Below are positions 57,574-64,000 of a DNA stretch of 64,000 bases, piece by piece. The notes below the pieces were generated by a model. It was not told the origin of the DNA. It was given only the letters and a program-made list of their open reading frames with translations, and did not search any database. This stretch comes from an uncultured Gammaproteobacteria bacterium (GTDB taxonomy: Bacteria > Pseudomonadota > Gammaproteobacteria > Eutrophobiales > Eutrophobiaceae): contig CAXBLT010000017.1 of the NCBI GenBank assembly GCA_963976795.1, positions 549-64,548 on the forward strand. The letters are read 5' to 3'. The first letter of the stretch is position 1; each line of letters starts with the position of its first letter. The translations under genes and the position numbers were made by a program.

Positions 57574-59343
57574 TCAATGGCTAACAATTCGGTAATGTTT
57601 TTCAATATCTTCCTGAGTAATAATACCGTAAATTCGATCAGCTAATGGCCCTAACCTACGGGTCACATATAGTGCTTCGGCTTCCGAGTCATTTATTTGC
57701 TGCTGTGCGTGCTGCAAAGTAGATTCAAGACCAACCTTAGCCAATTGTCGACGCTTGGAAGGGATTTCCAGTAGTACAATTTCCTCATTATCTGTTTCTT
57801 CAAGGTAACGTGCCAAATCTGTTGCAGGCATCAACTGGTTCCCCTCTTCACGTCGAATTATTAACCAGTCTGGTGCCTCCTTTAAGTGACTCAATGCTAC
57901 ATTTCGCTGTATCACCGGCTCAGTCATGACATAAGCCTTATTCATCACCGATTCAACGCCAACTCGCCTTAATGACTGAGCTACCGGGTCATTACGATAA
58001 TCCAGTCCAAAGCTCCTGAACTGCGATAAGAACATAGAATCACTTTTAAATAATTCACGAGCGCTAAGATTTGCGCTAACGACCGCAAGCATGGCAGGGA
58101 AAAGAATACTCTGATTCCCGGTCAATTCGAGTAAAGCTAATAAGGCCGCCAGCGGTGCTTGTAAGGTAGCACTCATCATCGCGCCCATGCCCAACAAGAC
58201 ATAAAAGGCCGCATCAGAGAACCCATTGGAAAACTGTTCGACTAACTCACCGACGACACCGCCTGCAATCGCACCCATAAAAATAGCAGGGCCAATCAAT
58301 CCAGCGGGAATGCTAAACCCGACACACAACGACGTTGCGAGTAACTTGGCGACTAATATAAGCAGTAATGCAGAAATCCCTAACTGCCCTAAAATAACAA
58401 CATCAACCGTGTCATAACCTATGCCCATTATCTCCGGACTGACTATACCAATGAGGCCGACCCCAATACCGGCGAGCGTCATGCGTAACCAGATATCAAA
58501 CTTCAGCCCAAACTTGGTAATTATCTCCGTCAACCGAATAAAACCCGCAGCAATAGAGCCAATAAAAAGTCCCATTAAAATAATGATAGGTAATTCAAGA
58601 AATGAATGCAGATCGACAATATGAATTGAAATAAGTGGTTCTGTATCAAATACCAGTCGTGATACCACCGTCGCACTGACTGCCGATAGTATTACCGGGG
58701 TAAATCCAGTAATCGTATATTCCATTAAAATGACCTCCATTGCGAAGATCACACCTGCAAGCGGTGTATTGAAGGAAGCAGCAATCGCCGCCGCCGCACC
58801 ACAACCGACTAGTGTTCGAATACTATTATTAGGTAGATGCAGGTATTGTCCCATCAAACTTGCGCTCGCTGCGCCTAAATGTACGCTGGGGCCCTCTCGA
58901 CCTATAGATTGCCCCGAAGTGATCGCCACAATAGCGCCGATAAATTGCAATACTAGATTCCTCAAAGGTAAATTTCCTTCGTGATAGGACAATCGTTCTA
59001 GTACATGAATGACACCAACCCTTAGTGGCACCCGTGAAATAAAATGAAATAATAAGCCAAGGAGCAACCCACCCGCACTCGCTATCAATAAGCGGACCTG
59101 CCAATTTAAAGCTTCATAATTTTCAGGGTCCGCAGCGGGTAGAAATGACATTTGGGCGTATTCAGTACTATATCGAAAAAGGACAATCACCATCCCAGCA
59201 ACGATACCCGTTACTAGACCAAGTAATGAGAGAGCGAACAGAGCTTGTTTCCCAGCCAACAAGACACGGGTACGTACCAGATATTCCAATAAGACGTTTA
59301 TTTTCTTCTCCTCAAAAATGATAGCACTGTTATCTACTGGCAA
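57574..59343 (-). CDS. ClC-family chloride channel / H+/Cl- antiporter with C-terminal CBS pair
   Basis: GREGP and GxFxP selectivity motifs (GREGPSVHLGA, GVIFAMEV, GIGYD), multiple TM helices, C-terminal CBS-like region. 589 aa. Confidence 0.85.
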   Translation of the reverse strand: MPVDNSAIIFEEKKINVLLEYLVRTRVLLAGKQALFALSLLGLVTGIVAGMVIVLFRYSTEYAQMSFLPAADPENYEALNWQVRLLIASAGGLLLGLLFHFISRVPLRVGVIHVLERLSYHEGNLPLRNLVLQFIGAIVAITSGQSIGREGPSVHLGAASASLMGQYLHLPNNSIRTLVGCGAAAAIAASFNTPLAGVIFAMEVILMEYTITGFTPVILSAVSATVVSRLVFDTEPLISIHIVDLHSFLELPIIILMGLFIGSIAAGFIRLTEIITKFGLKFDIWLRMTLAGIGVGLIGIVSPEIMGIGYDTVDVVILGQLGISALLLILVAKLLATSLCVGFSIPAGLIGPAIFMGAIAGGVVGELVEQFSNGFSDAAFYVLLGMGAMMSATLQAPLAALLALLELTGNQSILFPAMLAVVSANLSARELFKSDSMFLSQFRSFGLDYRNDPVAQSLRRVGVESVMNKAYVMTEPVIQRNVALSHLKEAPDWLIIRREEGNQLMPATDLARYLEETDNEEIVLLEIPSKRRQLAKVGLESTLQHAQQQINDSEAEALYVTRRLGPLADRIYGIITQEDIEKHYRIVSH

Positions 59344-59497
59344 GGTTTCACAAATAAACTAGTTAGTGAATCATGCTGTAACAGGATAAAATAGCCGAAA
59401 AGTTCACAGCTATGAAAATTATAATAATAAGTGAACATAGCGGTTTCATCACATCTTTAATATAACTTTTGTATTCTATATTTTTTGGGAGGGCGTA

Positions 59498-61171
59498 ATG
59501 TCTGATATTGAAATTGCTCAAAAGGCAAAAATGAAGCGCATTGTTGATCTGGCAGCAGATCAATATGGGATAAAAAGTGAACACCTTGAGCCTTATGGCC
59601 ACTATAAAGCAAAATTATCACTCAACTATATAGACAGCCTTAAAGGTAACAAAGACGGCAAACTCATCTTGGTGACGGCTGTCAGTCCTACCCCTGCTGG
59701 CGAAGGCAAAACAACAACCACTGTTGGTTTGGGTGATGCACTAAACCGCATCGGCAAAAAAGCCATTATGTGTCTCAGAGAGCCATCATTAGGGCCTTGT
59801 TTTGGTATGAAGGGCGGTGCGGCTGGTGGCGGTTATTCACAAGTCGTCCCAATGGAAGACATCAATCTACATTTCACTGGTGATTTTCACGCTATCGGTG
59901 TTGCCCATGCATTACTTTCTGCCATGATTGATAACCACATTAATCACGGTAATGAACTCGGTATCGACCCTCGACGAATCCAGTGGAAACGTGTTGTTGA
60001 CATGAATGACCGAGCCTTACGCAAAATCACCGTTGGCCAAGGTGGTCCTGCAAATGGTTATCTGCGTGAAGATGGTTTTGACATTGTCGTTGCCTCTGAA
60101 ATCATGGCTATTCTTTGCCTGGCGACTAGCCGTAAAGATTTAAAAGAACGTCTTGGACGCATTGTCATCGGTTATAAGAGTGATAATAAAACTGCGGTTT
60201 ATGCTCGTGACCTGAACGCTCAAGGTTCTATGGCCGCACTGTTAAAAGATGCTATCAACCCAAACATGGTTCAGACCCTGGAAAACAATATCGCCATCAT
60301 TCATGGTGGACCATTTGCAAATATCGCTCACGGTTGCAATACGGTTACCGCGACCAAGACGGGGCTAAAACTGGCTGATTATGTCGTAACTGAAGGTGGC
60401 TTTGGTGCTGACTTGGGCGCCGAAAAATTCATCGATATTAAATCGCGCATGGCCGGTCTAAAACCTGCGGCCATTGTATTGGTTGCAACTATCCGCGCGA
60501 TGAAATATCACGGTGGTGTTGCCAAGACAGACTTGAATAATGAAAACCTCGAAGCCCTTGATAAGGGCATGGTGAATATGGAACGCCATATCAACAATAT
60601 CAATGATGTCTATGGCTTACCTTGCGTCGTTTGTTTAAATCATTTCACGCTCGATACGGACGCAGAAGTTGATATGCTACTGAAACGTTGTGAATCGCTT
60701 GGCACAAAGGCCGTGGTATCCAAACACTGGGCAGATGGCGGCGCGGGCGCTGAAGATCTGGCGCATGCGGTAGTGGATATCGTTGATAACAATCCAGGCA
60801 CACACAAATATGTTTATGAAGATAATGCATCATTGACGGAAAAAATCGAAGCAGTATCAACCAAGGTTTATGGTGCGGGTTCCGTTTCATATGATCCAAA
60901 AGTGAAAAAACAGTTAGAAGACTGGAATGAAGAATATGGTTCTTACCCGGTTTGTATGGCCAAGACTCAGATGTCATTCTCAACAGATCCAACGGTGATA
61001 GGTGCCCCAACAGGGCATAACCTTCATGTCAGTGAAGTACGTCTGGCGAATGGTGCTGGTTTCATTGTAGCCATCTGCGGCAATATGATGACCATGCCTG
61101 GACTACCTAAAGTACCCGCGGCTGAACGTATTGATATTGATGACAATGGTAATATCACTGGATTGTTTTAA
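59498..61171 (+). CDS. fhs: Formate--tetrahydrofolate ligase
   Basis: [11 protein letters not shown]-terminus. P-loop [15 protein letters not shown]. 557 aa. Confidence 0.93.
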   Translation: MSDIEIAQKAKMKRIVDLAADQYGIKSEHLEPYGHYKAKLSLNYIDSLKGNKDGKLILVTAVSPTPAGEGKTTTTVGLGDALNRIGKKAIMCLREPSLGPCFGMKGGAAGGGYSQVVPMEDINLHFTGDFHAIGVAHALLSAMIDNHINHGNELGIDPRRIQWKRVVDMNDRALRKITVGQGGPANGYLREDGFDIVVASEIMAILCLATSRKDLKERLGRIVIGYKSDNKTAVYARDLNAQGSMAALLKDAINPNMVQTLENNIAIIHGGPFANIAHGCNTVTATKTGLKLADYVVTEGGFGADLGAEKFIDIKSRMAGLKPAAIVLVATIRAMKYHGGVAKTDLNNENLEALDKGMVNMERHINNINDVYGLPCVVCLNHFTLDTDAEVDMLLKRCESLGTKAVVSKHWADGGAGAEDLAHAVVDIVDNNPGTHKYVYEDNASLTEKIEAVSTKVYGAGSVSYDPKVKKQLEDWNEEYGSYPVCMAKTQMSFSTDPTVIGAPTGHNLHVSEVRLANGAGFIVAICGNMMTMPGLPKVPAAERIDIDDNGNITGLF

Positions 61172-61203
61172 CTCTATATTTTACTAATAAATCTGCTTAA
61201 CTT

Positions 61204-61228
61204 GTTAAGGGCGCTATGAGCCCTTAAC
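61204..61228 (+). terminator. Hairpin 3' of fhs
   Basis: gttaagggc-gctatga-gcccttaac, a 9-bp stem 33 nt after the fhs stop. Confidence 0.4.
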
Positions 61229-61233
61229 TCATT

Positions 61234-61515
61234 ATGACTATTACTATGACTAAAACTAACTGCAAAATATATCGTTGCTCTAAACAAGATGAAATGTATC
61301 TCTATGTACATGAAGACAAAACGATTGATGATTTGCCTGAAGAACTTATTAAGATCGTACAAGAACTAACTCATGTGATGGACCTCAAACTATCCCCTGA
61401 AAGAAAACTTGCTAGAGAAGATGTCTTGTTGGTGATGAAAAACATTAATGACAAAGGCTTTCACCTGCAAATGCCACCTGATCCACTAAAACCTATTCTA
61501 CATTTCGGCGATTAG
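61234..61515 (+). CDS. ycgL: YcgL-domain protein
   Basis: Pattern YRCSKQDEMYLYV...LPEEL...HLQMPP resembles E. coli YcgL (YRSSKRDQTYLYV...YLQLPP). 93 aa. Confidence 0.7.
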   Translation: MTITMTKTNCKIYRCSKQDEMYLYVHEDKTIDDLPEELIKIVQELTHVMDLKLSPERKLAREDVLLVMKNINDKGFHLQMPPDPLKPILHFGD

Positions 61516-62900
61516 CTTGTTCTTAGCTTTCCTCTTGCGATTGAAAAATAAAGTCCAGGCACACACAGCATCGCTGCAATAGTAAACGTCAACCGAATAG
61601 CCTTCTCCAATGAATCATAAGTTGATGGTTCTATCTCAACAGTACCAATAACAATGACAAAGATTAACGTGACTAACACCATGCTACTCATTTGACCAAT
61701 GATTCGCATCGTTGCCATGACACCATTCGCACTGCCATAAAAACGTTTCTCAACAGAACTCATAATCGCGTTAACATTTGGTGACGAGAACAGGCTAAAC
61801 CCGAGTCCGGTTGTTACTAAAGCAAAGATTAAATAATTCAATGTTGATTCAATCTGTAAGTTTGAAAGCAATATCAATCCACAAGCACTAATAGCCATTC
61901 CCATTGTGGCAAGGTGTTTAGGTTCAAATCGATCAGACATCCTCCCCGCCAATGGCGAGAAAACGGCCATTGTTAACGGTTGACACATCATTACCATGCC
62001 GGCTGTTGTAGCAGACAATTCCTTTAAATATTGCAAATACAGGCTAACCTGCACCACATTAGCAAAGGTCGCGGTATACATTATTAATGAAGCAAGACAA
62101 GAGAATGTGAAGACACGATTTGTAAAAAACAAGCTCACATCAAATATCGGATGTTTATGTACACGTTCAAATAAAAAGAAGAATATAAACCCAAGCATAG
62201 CAACACCAAGAAAAATGAAACTGCTATAGGCAGGCAAAAAGGAGACACCAATACAAATCATTAATATCGATAAGGCGTATAAAAGCGCACCAAACAGATC
62301 AAAACTGCCTCGCTCCTCCGCCAACCAGTCACCTTTAACAAAAAACAACCCTACACATAAGACCATAACAGCTAATGGGATATGTACCATAAAACTCGCA
62401 CGCCAACCAAAACTGTCAATGACATAGCCACCTATTAACGGTCCAATCGTTAACCCTAGGTAAATTGTTGAGACAGTCAGACCTATCGCTTGACCGCGTT
62501 TGGCTGGTGGAAATACTGATGAAACAATAGCGACTTGAGTCGCATATAACATGGCAGCGCTAACACCCTGTAAGAAACGCGCTGAAATTAACATTGTGCT
62601 ATTAACCGCGTAGGCCGCGATTAAGGATGTAACAATAACGCTCGCCGTACCCAACAGAAATATTCTTTTACGACCGACCATATCGGCAATGCGACCAAAG
62701 ATTAAAACAAACATCGCACTCGCCATCAGATAGGCCATCGGCACCCAACTTATCAATACCGCATTCATTGACAGATCAGTGGCAATAGCAGGCAGTGCCA
62801 CATTAACGGCAGATAACATCAACGGTGTTGTAAATGCATTTAACAACACCATCACTAAGGTAATACGCTGTAAGGGGTTTTTAGACTGACCGTCTTGCAT
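61512..62900 (-). CDS. MFS transporter (14-TM DHA2-type drug:H+ antiporter family)
   Basis: 462 aa. MFS motif A GRIADMVGRKR. About 14 hydrophobic segments. Confidence 0.85.
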   Translation of the reverse strand: MQDGQSKNPLQRITLVMVLLNAFTTPLMLSAVNVALPAIATDLSMNAVLISWVPMAYLMASAMFVLIFGRIADMVGRKRIFLLGTASVIVTSLIAAYAVNSTMLISARFLQGVSAAMLYATQVAIVSSVFPPAKRGQAIGLTVSTIYLGLTIGPLIGGYVIDSFGWRASFMVHIPLAVMVLCVGLFFVKGDWLAEERGSFDLFGALLYALSILMICIGVSFLPAYSSFIFLGVAMLGFIFFFLFERVHKHPIFDVSLFFTNRVFTFSCLASLIMYTATFANVVQVSLYLQYLKELSATTAGMVMMCQPLTMAVFSPLAGRMSDRFEPKHLATMGMAISACGLILLSNLQIESTLNYLIFALVTTGLGFSLFSSPNVNAIMSSVEKRFYGSANGVMATMRIIGQMSSMVLVTLIFVIVIGTVEIEPSTYDSLEKAIRLTFTIAAMLCVPGLYFSIARGKLRTS

Positions 62901-63181
62901 GTTTCTTAATAACTGTTATGAATTGAACTGAATTCTACAGTGTTTACAGCTATTAAAAAGCCCTACAGGGTCTACAGACATCAAAACAAAACAACTGCGC
63001 TTGAAGGACTAATTTTTTGTGAGATAATTATATCGCGTCCTTCCCTCGTAACAGAAACAAGAAGTATGATGTAAGAGTAAATATACTGGGTAAACTAAGG
63101 TCGTAAACTATTTTCAAAATTAGCCCAGAAAATTATTCGGGCTTCCTTATAATCAGACTGTTAAGTGTACTAAGGATAGTT

Positions 63182-63979
63182 ATGGAATATATCTTCTACG
63201 GAGATGAATCAGGTCAAAACCTCAAAAACTATAAAGCTTATGGTATAGGAGCTTTTCTAATACCTAAAGCACAAGAAGAACGATACAACAGGGTCTTTAA
63301 AGAGTTAGCTGAGAAACATAAAATTAATAAAGAAATTGGTTGGAAAACCTTAAATAACAGCTATAACACAATCAATTTTGGCATGGATGTTTTACGAGTA
63401 ATCTTAACAACGTCCGCTAGTTTTACTGCGATTATTGTTCACAAAGATCATTTTAGAAATTGGAGTAGTGGAAGGGTTTCTAAAGAAGATGCTTTCTATC
63501 AAACGTACACATTTTTACTCCTGCATATTGCTAAAGTATTGCAAGCCACTGTCACAGCAAAACTTGATCGAAAATCTGATAGCTATAATAAGCGTTGTGA
63601 AGTAGTTGAAGTTATTGCAAACAATACCCTTAAGGAATCAAGCGCAAAAATATCATCAGTAGAAAAAGTAGACTCTAAACACAATGTAGGCATCCAAATA
63701 GCAGATTTATTAACAGGGGCTATAACAGCTTCGAGAAGTATGTATCTAAATGAGAACTTCCAAATAAATGCTGCTAAAACATTATTTATATCTAAATTAA
63801 GCCAAATTCTTGGCTGGGAATCCTTACATTTCGATACTTACCCCGAGTCAAAATTTAATATATGGCACTTCCCAGAAGAGTGTAGAAATTCTCCCGAAAC
63901 TAAAAAAGAATACCAACGTAATAGAATAGCGTATGTTACTAAAGCTGAATTTGATGTTTTCAAAGAAGGTTACGCGTAA
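63182..63979 (+). CDS. DUF3800-family protein
   Basis: N-terminal FYGDESG and C-terminal IQIADLLTGAI match the two conserved DUF3800 motifs (DES near the N-terminus, QxAD). 265 aa. AT-rich codon usage. Confidence 0.55.
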   Translation: MEYIFYGDESGQNLKNYKAYGIGAFLIPKAQEERYNRVFKELAEKHKINKEIGWKTLNNSYNTINFGMDVLRVILTTSASFTAIIVHKDHFRNWSSGRVSKEDAFYQTYTFLLLHIAKVLQATVTAKLDRKSDSYNKRCEVVEVIANNTLKESSAKISSVEKVDSKHNVGIQIADLLTGAITASRSMYLNENFQINAAKTLFISKLSQILGWESLHFDTYPESKFNIWHFPEECRNSPETKKEYQRNRIAYVTKAEFDVFKEGYA

Positions 63980-64000
63980 CGTACACTTAGCAAGTTGTTT

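Overview
This 64 kb window is a chromosomal segment from an AT-rich gammaproteobacterium whose gene order resembles Pseudomonadales/Oceanospirillales. The synteny evidence is gyrA-pheA-hisC-tyrA-aroA-cmk-rpsA-ihfB-lapA-lapB-pyrF, gyrA/mtnA/mtaD adjacency, and pyrC-rnt. Most of the window is core metabolism. The first block is glyA-nrdR-ribD-ribE-ribBA-ribH-nusB-thiL. It is followed by a class I adenylate cyclase gene with a co-directional DUF815 ATPase, a hpt-mtnP-CPXCG-rhodanese run, and mfd. The pyrF to gyrA block comes next. After it lie divergent mtnA and mtaD, rnt-pyrC, an aldo/keto reductase, purB, purL and an Smr protein. The run ispF-ispD-ftsB-eno-kdsA-pyrG follows, and the window ends with a ClC channel, fhs, ycgL and an MFS transporter. 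The most interesting accessory content is a DSF-type (RpfF/RpfC/RpfG-like) signalling locus at about 46.2-51.9 kb. There the RpfF-like crotonase is co-operonic with an integral-membrane fatty-acid desaturase rather than an rpfB-type acyl-CoA ligase. This suggests a modified, possibly additionally unsaturated, fatty-acid signal. Other accessory items are a MazF/PemK-RHH toxin-antitoxin pair at 40.6-41.2 kb. A degenerate 760-bp non-coding stretch at 33.6-34.4 kb carries an AlpA/excisionase-like helix-turn-helix remnant and several hairpins, and sits at an apparent synteny breakpoint. A DUF3800 protein lies at the right edge. A strongly ribosome-binding 19-codon upstream ORF abuts the cyaA start. 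No rRNA, tRNA or CRISPR arrays were recognised.
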